A DNA stretch of 62,531 bases, filler included. It is 14 parts of 14 records of this genome, joined end to end, with 100 filler letters (N's around TTAATTAATTAA, not from the genome) between each part and the next. Parts side by side here need not be neighbours in the genome. Positions count along the whole stretch, not along the records: positions 25,556 to 29,900 come from SRR7504441_74600; positions 30,001 to 36,208 come from SRR7504441_74626; 12 more parts are not named here. One strand, given 5' to 3'. The translations under genes were made by a program, and so were the position numbers. Positions 25,556 through 34,916 of this stretch are shown here, piece after piece. The notes beneath the pieces were generated by a model. It saw only the letters and a list, made by a program, of their open reading frames with translations. It did not search any database and had not been told where the DNA came from. The stretch's first letter is position 1. The number at the start of each line of letters is the position of its first letter.

Positions 25556-28441
25556 TGTACAGCAGCCTCGTCGTCCAGTGTGCCAACCCAATCGGACCCA
25601 GCACCAGCAGCGGAACCCGGCCCCTTCTCGCGGACAGCGGACGAAGACCACGGTAGCACTGGGCGAGATGGCCAGGTCGATAAGCTTGTCGAGGAGCTGC
25701 GGCAGCTGCTCGGCAAAGAGCAGAGCCTAGTTGCAGACGAAAGCTTGTTTGATCACGGCTATGTCAGCAGCGACGCGACCAGGCTCGCACAACTGGTGAC
25801 GGCGCGATATGGTATCGAGGCTGGATCGGCAACAGTGTTCGAACACTCCAGTCTGCTCGCACTGGCCACTTGGCTCAGTGGACAGTTCAACAATAAGGAG
25901 CTGCAGGAGGAAGAGTATAGCAGGCTTCATCCAAACGACTACAGGCTGGTATCCGAACCCTCCTCTCACTATCTCGCACTCAGCACCGGGCTTGCGCTTT
26001 GTCTGCAACTGCTTGGACTGGCGAGCCTGCCGGCAGTCTCGGCCATCGCAGTGTTGCCCTGCTGGCTGCTATTTGGGCTGATAGCTGAGTATGAGAGTGA
26101 GGAAATAGCTCTGTACTTAATTCCCTTGCTGGGAGTACCGCTGCTGGTGTCTCACGCGGTGGTTGTGCTGCTGCTGCGACGTCTGGTGGGATCTGTGCCT
26201 CCAGGATCCTACGAGGTGTGGAGCTGGCCGTTTCTCAAGTGGTGGTACGGCCAGCTGCTTCTCCGATGCTATCACGCTGCAGCTGGCCCGCTGTTTCAAG
26301 ATAGTGTGTTCATGGTGTTCTGGCTACGGTTGCTGGGTGCCGACCTTGGTTCGGGAGTGAGAGCGTTTATTAGCGATGCGAGCTGCTTGGAGCTCCTCAG
26401 CGTGGGCAACAAGGCGAGTATTGGAAGCAGCGTGTACTGCCACGATGTGTGGAATGGAATGCTGCACATCCGGCCAGTGATCATTGGCTCAGGCTGCAGC
26501 AACAGTGGTGTGGTTCTGCCTAGCACAGTGATGGAGGCAGGGGCGCACTTGATGCCGAACTCGTCGGTCTGCTGCGCCACACTGGGAGTCGGCAAGTGGA
26601 TCGGCACGCCGGCAAGCCCACAAGTGCTCGCCACGGGAGTGCACTCAGCGGACAACAAAGGGGGTGCTAAGTGCAAGTGCATCGAGCTGGACACCATCGG
26701 CGTGTCACCCGAGCAGCCTGAGCCAACTCAGCCCGCCCACGATGACCACTGTGGCAGACTGGTGTGGCTCTCGAGGCAGCTACTGCAAGGCCTTGGGATC
26801 GTTGCGCTCGGCTGCTACCAGGCGGCAACCGCGCTGCCGTCCATTTACATCTTGCTGTACATGCCATCATCGACCATTAACTCGCACTTCGGGCTCCTCA
26901 TATTCGGGTTTACAGGGATCATGCTGTGGGTTGTGGTGCAAACACTCTTACTAGTCCTGCTGAAATGGGCGCTCATCGGCCGGCTGCGTGATGGGCAGGA
27001 GTGTCACGTAGACTCGCCCTTGGTGGTCCGGATGTGGTTTGTGGACCTTATGGGGGAAGTTTTGTTCTTCTTGATCGGATTCCAAGGTGTGAACCACGAT
27101 TTCCTGGAAATCAAATACTATTACCACCAGCTGTTTGGCTGCCGAATATCGTCAACATGCTTCAGATTATCAAAAATATCGGCCGCCATCAGCAACCTCG
27201 ACCTGATCCACATCGAGCCTGGCGCGTTTGTGAGTGGTGCGACCTTGAGTACAAGCTCGACCGACGGCAATCTTAAGCGACTCCATAGAGTGTCAATTGG
27301 CCGGCATTGTGACATTGCGCTGAGGGCATGCGTATGTGGGAGCGTGAGCGACTTTAGCATGGTGGGGTCTCTGACCTACCTCCCCAGAGGTGAGGTGGTA
27401 CTGTCGAAACACACTGCATTTGGCACGCCATTCAGCACGTACAAGATCGGATTTGGCGACATGCGAGCGAAGCCCAACTTGCCTCGTAAGCCGTGGCGAG
27501 CCAGCTTGACAATCTGCCTCTGGACGTTCTGTTGCATACCGATACTGAGCTGTGTAGCCTGCATCCCAACTTACCTGCTGCTCTGGGAGTACGACAGTGA
27601 GGCCCTAGGCTTCATCATCGGCGGCTGCAACGACGAATCTTATACATACCTGGCTGAGAGTGCTGATCTGCCCATTGCGAGCTGCGTCGAATTGGTGGCC
27701 GATGTGTTCTGGTCGGTGGTGGGGCTGTCGGACGTGCGAAAGACCCTTGAGCGCCTTGTCGTGTATTACTATGCGTTTGAGCTGCGCATTCTGGTCTATG
27801 TGGTTCTCAACATTCTCGTCAAGTGGTGTGTCGTGGGGAAGTACAGGCCCAGCAGCAACAGCGCGCACGACACTGACAGGCACTCAGCACTGATGTTGAA
27901 GAACATGTGCTATATGGAATTCCACTACTGGACCATACTCTCACTTGTAAATCGAATGCGGGGTACTGTGGGCTGGGTGGCAATGCTGCGAAGCCTGGGA
28001 TCGCAGATTGGACAGCAAACCTATTGCGATACTGGATGGAGCCAGCTGGACTACGATCTGGTCTCCATTGGGGAGCATTGCTGCGTGAATGCCGACGCTC
28101 ACGTCATCGGGCATGTATTTCAGTATGGGACGCTGCAGTTTGACAGCGTCAGCATCGGCGACAACTGCAACATCGGCAGTGGGGCTCAGGTGGTGCCAGG
28201 TCACTGTCTAGTAGACACGACTGTGACGGAACCGGTGTGAATCCAGGTGTGAATCTAGAGGACAATGCCAGCCTCTGCGCAGTGTCACGGGCCCTCAACG
28301 GACAGGTCCCCCCGAGCGTTGTTGTTTGTCTGATCGATTCCACTGCAGGTGATCGAGTCAAAGAACACATACGCTGGGGTGCCAGCACGCAAGATCTTTG
28401 GGACAAGACACCATTATAACACGAACAATGACCACGGGTAG
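25556..28441 (+). CDS. Pls/PosA-type NRPS C-terminal part: carrier (PP-binding) domain plus three TM/left-handed beta-helix repeats; 5'-partial; introns 28200-28246 and 28306-28348
   Basis: Carrier motif DESLFDHGYVSS..YGI..VFEHSSLLALA; PGSYEVWSWPFLKWW, WLRLLGADLG, LLKWALIGR, LVKWCVVGKY, LRSLGSQIG, DLVSIGEHC, VSIGDNCNIG, YAGVPAR. Confidence 0.8.
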
Positions 28442-28466
28442 AGGTTCAAAATTAATGAATTTAAAT

Positions 28467-29900
28467 TCAAATGAAAACATCGTTTATGCGGCTTGCGCGC
28501 ACGTATACAAGACTTAGTGCACTTGCCGCGCAAAATACGAGTGTAAGCTTAGCGCAGCCCATTGCTACCCATTGCAGCATGTGAAGCTCTAAAGACATTT
28601 CGCTTCTGTTACGCCGCCTCCGGCAATCGGCAGTGCAAATGTGCTCCTTCAAGGCTCCTTCATAAAGTACCATGGTAGTCTCCACGCCTCGGTGCCATGC
28701 CACAAAGTACTCTATAGCAAAGTCTATCAAAGGAAGCGGAAGACTCAAGTGCACGTTTTCATGAGGGTGCGTACCAAAAACATAATCATAGAAAGGCATG
28801 CAGTTCCCCATGCTGTAATGGGTGTTGCGTAGGTGTGCATCAAAGAAGGCGCGTGCATAGGCTGTCCCATACCAAGGAAGAAGATGCTTGTACGTTTGCA
28901 TCAAAGCTCCATACAATATTGCGTACAATAACGTTTGCTGGTAAGAAGGGCCACTGCACAAAGGAGCAACGAGGACAGCATCAGCAAATCCAAACGCGAA
29001 TGATTCCAGAACATGCATGATCAGCGGATATTTGTAACCGTGCTCAGTGGACGTCCCCATGATGTCGTGAGCGCGAAGGTGTTCGGCGTGTACCGATCCT
29101 TGGAACCCAGTTATTGAATGGCAGTGGGCGAACCGGCCCCACCAATACTCTATGAGCTGTCTCCGGAGGAAGTATGTGTAGATGCCGCCGTGATTCAGGT
29201 TCGCCCACATAAAGGCGAGGCCGGCGGCACACACTAGGCGAGTGAGAAGCCGAACTGAACACTCAGCGGCGGCCGCAGGCAGACAGATCCGATCTGTATG
29301 CCCCTGAGCTGCCTGCACCAGCACGGTCTTGCGAACCCCATCCTGTACGTCTAGCCCCGCTACCACCTCTGCAGGGGTGATGCTAACATACAGCAAGCAC
29401 AGCAACACGAGGCCGGCAAAGATGGCAATGAATACGACCTCATATGGCCGCAGTTCAGCACTCACACCCGAGCCGCAGGTATTGCAGGTCGACCCGGCCA
29501 CATCGCAGCCCCTGAAGTAGCCCAGCTGCCCGTTGCCGCTGCCCAGTAGCACCACCAACTGTCCGACCTCCGAGTTGGTCTCGGGTGAGAATCCGATGAG
29601 CCCGGTCGTGGCTATCAACCTACTTTCTACGGGCTCGAGTGCCGCAAACTGGCCAGAGATATCGGAGGCTGGCAGCGGAGAGTCCAACACAGCGTACTGG
29701 CCGTAGCCCGTGATCTCGGCCACCTCCGTCCACGTCGCGGCACTGGCTGGTCTGAAGGCCGCCGTGACCGGCCCGTCCCAGCGCAGGTTCTCCAGGATGA
29801 ATCGCTGCTTGTTGGACGCGATCGCGCTGCCGTTGCCCAGCCACTGCAGAGTGTACAGGTCGGAGCCAGCGGCGGCCGGCGCCAGCGCAAACAGGTTGGT
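28467..29900 (-). CDS. Membrane protein with a degenerate fatty-acid-hydroxylase/sterol-desaturase-like domain; 5'-partial
   Basis: EYWWGRFAH, HAEHL, YKH, FDAHL and MPFYDYVFGTH follow the His-box order and the DxxFGT terminus of that superfamily. Confidence 0.5.
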   Translation of the reverse strand, partial: TNLFALAPAAAGSDLYTLQWLGNGSAIASNKQRFILENLRWDGPVTAAFRPASAATWTEVAEITGYGQYAVLDSPLPASDISGQFAALEPVESRLIATTGLIGFSPETNSEVGQLVVLLGSGNGQLGYFRGCDVAGSTCNTCGSGVSAELRPYEVVFIAIFAGLVLLCLLYVSITPAEVVAGLDVQDGVRKTVLVQAAQGHTDRICLPAAAAECSVRLLTRLVCAAGLAFMWANLNHGGIYTYFLRRQLIEYWWGRFAHCHSITGFQGSVHAEHLRAHDIMGTSTEHGYKYPLIMHVLESFAFGFADAVLVAPLCSGPSYQQTLLYAILYGALMQTYKHLLPWYGTAYARAFFDAHLRNTHYSMGNCMPFYDYVFGTHPHENVHLSLPLPLIDFAIEYFVAWHRGVETTMVLYEGALKEHICTADCRRRRNRSEMSLELHMLQWVAMGCAKLTLVFCAASALSLVYVRASRINDVFI

Positions 29901-30000
29901 NNNNNNNNNNNNNNNNNNNNNNNNNNNNNNNNNNNNNNNNNNNNTTAATTAATTAANNNNNNNNNNNNNNNNNNNNNNNNNNNNNNNNNNNNNNNNNNNN

Positions 30001-30033
30001 CATCCAACGGACATCCAACGGACATCCAACGGA
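30001..30033 (+). repeat. Tandem repeat (CATCCAACGGA)x3 at a contig start
   Basis: Read directly. Confidence 0.9.
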
Positions 30034-30556
30034 AAGTCTGTTACCACAACGGACACATTATTTAACGGAAAAGGAAGAAACCGCAGCCTAGAATCTCAGG
30101 CTCCTCTCTAACCTCCTGACACTCGCTGCAATGACAGGTGCAAACCTGCCGACAATGCTGACAACACGTATGACCCTCTATGATGTCTTGTACTGACAGC
30201 TCTACTCGACATTGTAGTGGAGCTCCAGTCGGCAACGATATCAAATGGCTGTTACATTCACAACCAGAGAGGAGATCCTACCCATCAGCACTACTAGTAA
30301 CTACATGTAGCCCCATTCTTTGAGCCCACTGAGGGCCCTCAGTACAGCTGCACAGCTGTACTAGTACTACATGTAGCACACAGTACACATACAGCTGCAC
30401 GTGTACACATCATAAGTCATAAGCTTACCGTACATACATGTACGTTACATGTACGTACGTGTACTGTATAGATTCCTAGAGCGACGAATGCGCACCAAAT
30501 AAAATAACCTATACGCAACTAGTATATTGAAGACAGCACAGACGGTCGAATCGAAT

Positions 30557-31411
30557 TTATTTATTCTCAGCACACAACTGGCGCAGCTTGGACGACGACA
30601 GCTTGGCAGCATCCGGCTCCTGTGATTCAGCGCCCACAAGGTCCACCAACACCAGCGCGAGCGGAGCCTCTACCCCGCACTGCTCCCTGCGCATGGTCCG
30701 CACCCGCTCTCCCCCGGCCCGCGTCTCCCTAGAGATGACCAGCGCTGTAATCTCCGCCATGCTTGCTGCCTTCGGTGGCGCCTTCGGGTCACGGAGCGTC
30801 GACACCTCCACTTGCAGCCCCGGCTTGACTGCCCGCACGTAGGCTACCGCCGCGGCCGCCCGCCGCTCTAGCGGCTCGAGCAGCTCAGCGTTCTTCTTGC
30901 CCTTCAGCAGCAGGTCACCAGTCACGCCGATGTATAGTCTGTCGGTGCAACACAGGGCGGCGCAGGCCAGCAGCAGCCGGTGCCCCGAGTGCAGCCGGTC
31001 AAACGTGCCCCCGACCGCCACCCCAGGGTATTGCAGCGTCCCCGGTGGGTTGCCCACCGCCGGCCGGGCCAGCGGGCGGTCGGGCCCACTACAGACGATC
31101 TGACGGCCCCGCGGGGCGTGTGGGTGGCCGCCGGGCCAGACCGGGACCAAATCGTACTGGGGCGACGGCAGGCAGTCGAAGAGCAGCCCCAGCCCGGCGA
31201 CCGCCTCGGCGCTAAACGGGCGGTTGGCCCAGCCGTTCTCTAGCCGAAGGTGCACCCGGCCCCGGAACCGGGGCAGCGCCGAGGCAACCGCCGAGAGCCA
31301 GCCCGGGCCGAGGGAGAGCCGCAGCCAGGTCGCGCTGCTGGTCGCCCGGAGGCGCTGGAGGAGACCGGCCAAACCGGCGGCCACACAGCACCAGGCTGCC
31401 GGGTGCGGCAT
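30557..31411 (-). CDS. Phosphopantetheine adenylyltransferase, eukaryotic type (PPAT/CAB4-like); intronless
   Basis: VGGTFDRLHSGHRLLL (HxGH), IGVTGDLLLKGK, LVISRET, KLSSSKLR. Confidence 0.9.
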   Translation of the reverse strand: MPHPAAWCCVAAGLAGLLQRLRATSSATWLRLSLGPGWLSAVASALPRFRGRVHLRLENGWANRPFSAEAVAGLGLLFDCLPSPQYDLVPVWPGGHPHAPRGRQIVCSGPDRPLARPAVGNPPGTLQYPGVAVGGTFDRLHSGHRLLLACAALCCTDRLYIGVTGDLLLKGKKNAELLEPLERRAAAAVAYVRAVKPGLQVEVSTLRDPKAPPKAASMAEITALVISRETRAGGERVRTMRREQCGVEAPLALVLVDLVGAESQEPDAAKLSSSKLRQLCAENK

Positions 31412-31459
31412 GCGGTCTTCTGATGATGAAAGATCTCCCGGCCGTCCGTCCGCATCAAA
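31412..31459. promoter_or_regulatory. Putative bidirectional promoter (48 bp between divergent ATGs)
   Basis: PPAT ATG at 31411 (-) and membrane-protein ATG at 31460 (+). Confidence 0.45.
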
Positions 31460-32374
31460 ATGCAGTGGGAGACGGCCGGCTGGGTGTGGTGGGGGACACT
31501 GCAGGCAGTCAGCCTGCTCAACTTGGCGCTGCTGACCCGGCTGCTCGCCACACGCCCGGCACGGCCCACCCCGTCGCCCAGCTGCCTGGACACAGATACC
31601 GCCCCTACCATGGCCCAGCCGGTCCCGCCGGCCCGGAGCCCGGCGGCCCTCCGGTGGTGCGCGGCGGTCTTCACGCTGGTATGCGCCTACAGGGCCGCGC
31701 TGCCCCGGGTAGACGTGCCCCGTCAGTGCTGGTTAGACACCCCGGCCAACTGGCCGGTCCTGGGCAGGAGTGCGGCCACAGTTGCCGAGCTGGCCTGGGC
31801 GGTTCAGATGGGCCTGATCGTGCAGCTGCTGGGAACCGGGCTGCACGGGGCCGGCTGGGTGTCGGCTCGGGCGGCGGGGGCGGCCTGGTGGGCGGGGCTG
31901 GCGGTGGTGGGGCTGGCGGTGGTGGCCGAGGGCTGCAGCTGGACCAATCTGATCACCGAGTCCAACTTGTTTGCCGTGTTCGAGCAGGCGCTATGGGCCG
32001 GACTGCTCGGGCTGTGCGCCGGTGGGATTGGCCTGCTGGTCCGTCGCTGGCCAGGCCGACCGGTGGGGTTTATTGTGTTTGGGGTGCTGGCGGCCGGAAT
32101 GGCGGCCGAGCAATCGTACGAGGCCTTCGGGCTTTACCTGGTGAGGTATATGGCCGATCAGCGGGATGGGGTGCGGTATTACGGGTTTTCGGAGGGGCTC
32201 GAGCGGCTGGCGCACTGCGCGGTGACGACGCAGGATCTGAGGGACTGGAAGGAGGATGCGCCGTGGATGACGGGGTACTTCTCAGCTGCTGTGTGGAGCT
32301 CGATCTGGCTAGGCCAGGCAGCCGAGGCGATCCCAGCGCATGATAGAGAGCAGGAATGCCGGCTGCTGATATAG
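31460..32374 (+). CDS. Multi-pass membrane protein of unknown function; intronless
   Basis: 304-aa ORF with about 7 hydrophobic segments and motifs CAYRAALPRVD, GRSAATVAEL, AEGCSW, WMTGYFSAAVWSS. Confidence 0.8.
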   Translation: MQWETAGWVWWGTLQAVSLLNLALLTRLLATRPARPTPSPSCLDTDTAPTMAQPVPPARSPAALRWCAAVFTLVCAYRAALPRVDVPRQCWLDTPANWPVLGRSAATVAELAWAVQMGLIVQLLGTGLHGAGWVSARAAGAAWWAGLAVVGLAVVAEGCSWTNLITESNLFAVFEQALWAGLLGLCAGGIGLLVRRWPGRPVGFIVFGVLAAGMAAEQSYEAFGLYLVRYMADQRDGVRYYGFSEGLERLAHCAVTTQDLRDWKEDAPWMTGYFSAAVWSSIWLGQAAEAIPAHDREQECRLLI

Positions 32375-32494
32375 ACTGATGCGATCCTCATGATACGGAT
32401 CATTATTCACATATATACCGGTTATCTTGAAAGTAATGATCGTTACTACTTGATAGTAGATTACTATTACTCGTACGTAGATGTTATTCAAAAT

Positions 32495-34711
32495 TCATTT
32501 GGCCACCACATTGATTTCAATCTCGCCAATCCCGTCGAGCACAGATATCGTGTACTTGCCAACCGCAATCTTGAAGCTCTTTGACGTGGCATCCCATCGC
32601 GAGACTGACGCCGCGCTGAGCTCGATGTCAACCGATGTGCTCTTGCTTGCGTCTGCTGTTGCCACATTCAGCCCAAACACCCACCGTTTCGCCCAATCGT
32701 CGCCACCTTCGGTTCGCTGCATCATTGCGAGCACCGACCGTCTTCCCGTCATCGCGCCACCGTTGGTCGCGTCGACCTTGAACCCCAGCGTCTTCCCGCT
32801 CTGAAGATCGGACAAGGAGATCGTTGCTGAAGATCCGTTCAACTTGAGCATCCACGAATTATACGAAAGTCCAAACCCAAAGGGATACTGCTCGAGCGAT
32901 TGATCCTTCAAGTAGCGGTACCCGCGGCCGGTGCCGTGGCGCATCCCCATGTCGGTCATGCTGGAGATTGATGTCCAATTCTTGTGGTAGATGGTCGTCG
33001 GCAGCCGCCCTGAGAAGTCCACATCCCCATGTAGCAAGGCCGCGAGCGCAAGCCCGGCCTGTTCTCCGCCAGTGAACGAGTCTACGATGGCCACCACGCC
33101 GCTGCCTGGCATAACCGCCCACTCTGGAATGGTAGTAGCGCCACCAGTTACAAGCACGAGGACCACAGGCTTACCCGTGACCACGATGTCTTGCAAGAGC
33201 GCCTCGTCCATCCCTGTCAGCCCGATGTCGTACAAACGGTCGAAATCCTCCGACTCTTTGGCTGGTTGGACCGCGACCACCGCAATGTCGACGCTAAGGG
33301 CTGCGTCGCGAATCTCAGGCTCCGCAAGCGTCGTAAAATCGTGAACTGTTCCGTTTGCGCGCTCCTGGAGACCCTCGAGAATTGTCCAGATCTTGGCGGG
33401 CCTGCCAGTGTACCGATTGATCTGCTTGAACGTATCGGTCGCCGTGGCCCCGAAGACACCGATGTTCAGGTTGGGCTTCAACGGCAGCGAGCCGTTCTCA
33501 TTCTTGAGCAGGACGAAAGACTTCTCTGCAATCTCGCGAGCCAAAGCGATGTGCTCTGGCCCATTTATTACCGATAGTGGGATCCTACTCCATGGTGAAG
33601 ACAGCGCTGGCGGATCGAACTGGCCTGTGGCGAACCGAGCGTAGAGAGACCGCGCCATTGCCCCTCGAACTGCATCAACCGTAGTCATCCGCTCCGCAAC
33701 CGCTTGACTAAGATACCCGAATGAGCTGCCCATCTCGACGTCCATGCCAGCATTGATCGCCAGGGCGGCTGCTTGCGTATAATTTGCAGCGTAGTGATGT
33801 GAATCGTAGATTCCAGATCCGGCACCAGAGTCAGACACTACGTAGCCCTTAGCACCGTACGATCGAAGATAATCGAGCATCTCCTTGTTCGCGCACGCGG
33901 GCACCCCGTTGACTGCATTTAAGGAGCACATCGCGCCAGTTAGCCCAGCCCTCCCTGCGGCGCGCCACCCCGCAAGGTACGTCTCATGGAGGTCTGTGGC
34001 ATCGACTGTTGCGTTGAACCTCTCACGCATCACAGCACAGTCATACTGGCCGCTAGGGTGGCACGCGACTCCTTTCGGGCACCAGCATTCCAGCGAGTAC
34101 GCTCCCAGGTGCTTACCAATCGCGCCGAACTTGATGTAATGCGAGCTTGCATCTTCCGGCAGCCCCTTGGTCATTCCACGGACGTACTCAGCGGCCATCA
34201 CACCCACAGTGAACGGGTCCTCTCCGATGGACTCGTAAGATCGTCCCCAGCGTGGATCGCGCGCAATGTTCATTGAGGGCGCGAGGCATGTGGATGGGGC
34301 GTTGGCATGTGTGTTCATCCAGGCCCTCGCCTCGCTGCCGATCGCGCTGCCCATACGACGCGCGAGACTTGGATCGAACGTAGCTCCCATGTTAATCATG
34401 TGCGGGAATGCGGTCGAATTGGATGCGGCGGGGGGGTTCCAGCCCGCGAGACACTCCTTTCCGTAGCTGATCGGAGGCAACACATCGCCGTCCGTCGTGA
34501 TCGCTCCAGGGGCGTTCTGGTTGAGGTTTTTGACCATGTCTTCGAAGCTGAGGCGCGAGGCCAGATCTGCGGCGCGCTTTTCGAATGGCTGGGACGCGTC
34601 CTTCCACATTGGCTCCGTGTAGCCCTTGACCTCCCAGGACAACCCCGCAGAGGCGATGACTGCCCATGCAATGGCAGCACTTCGCATCCACTTGGGCAGC
34701 CGGCTGGCCAT
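32495..34711 (-). CDS. Secreted glycoside hydrolase family 3 (beta-xylosidase/glucosidase-like) with C-terminal Fn3-like domain; intronless
   Basis: NIARDPRWGRSYESIGEDP, KH motif, MCSLNAVNGVPACAN, nucleophile VVSDSG, FVLLKNENGSLPL, SGRLPTT, YPFGFGLSY; signal peptide. Confidence 0.93.
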   Translation of the reverse strand: MASRLPKWMRSAAIAWAVIASAGLSWEVKGYTEPMWKDASQPFEKRAADLASRLSFEDMVKNLNQNAPGAITTDGDVLPPISYGKECLAGWNPPAASNSTAFPHMINMGATFDPSLARRMGSAIGSEARAWMNTHANAPSTCLAPSMNIARDPRWGRSYESIGEDPFTVGVMAAEYVRGMTKGLPEDASSHYIKFGAIGKHLGAYSLECWCPKGVACHPSGQYDCAVMRERFNATVDATDLHETYLAGWRAAGRAGLTGAMCSLNAVNGVPACANKEMLDYLRSYGAKGYVVSDSGAGSGIYDSHHYAANYTQAAALAINAGMDVEMGSSFGYLSQAVAERMTTVDAVRGAMARSLYARFATGQFDPPALSSPWSRIPLSVINGPEHIALAREIAEKSFVLLKNENGSLPLKPNLNIGVFGATATDTFKQINRYTGRPAKIWTILEGLQERANGTVHDFTTLAEPEIRDAALSVDIAVVAVQPAKESEDFDRLYDIGLTGMDEALLQDIVVTGKPVVLVLVTGGATTIPEWAVMPGSGVVAIVDSFTGGEQAGLALAALLHGDVDFSGRLPTTIYHKNWTSISSMTDMGMRHGTGRGYRYLKDQSLEQYPFGFGLSYNSWMLKLNGSSATISLSDLQSGKTLGFKVDATNGGAMTGRRSVLAMMQRTEGGDDWAKRWVFGLNVATADASKSTSVDIELSAASVSRWDATSKSFKIAVGKYTISVLDGIGEIEINVVAK

Positions 34712-34916
34712 CGAGCTCGAGGTAACGGATGTCGTTAGGATCCGACTTGGGCACTTGGTGGCTGGCGGCTTGCTGTATTCACGCAAATGAGATGTATCAT
34801 TAATGTAACATTACATCGTGTACATACCATGGTACATACTCGCACGATAGTACGTTTTAGGCTAAGACGACGTTCGTGACTTCAACTGATTGCATTGTTA
34901 AATTAAAGCTAGACAC

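Noticed and set aside
30001-30053. CATCCAACGGA repeats as a CRISPR array or telomere
   Set aside because: Only three 11-bp units, no spacers, no cas genes, not a known telomere unit
25556-31411. NRPS carrier domain near phosphopantetheine adenylyltransferase as a CoA-linked cluster
   Set aside because: Separated by the linker at 29901-30000, so they are on different contigs
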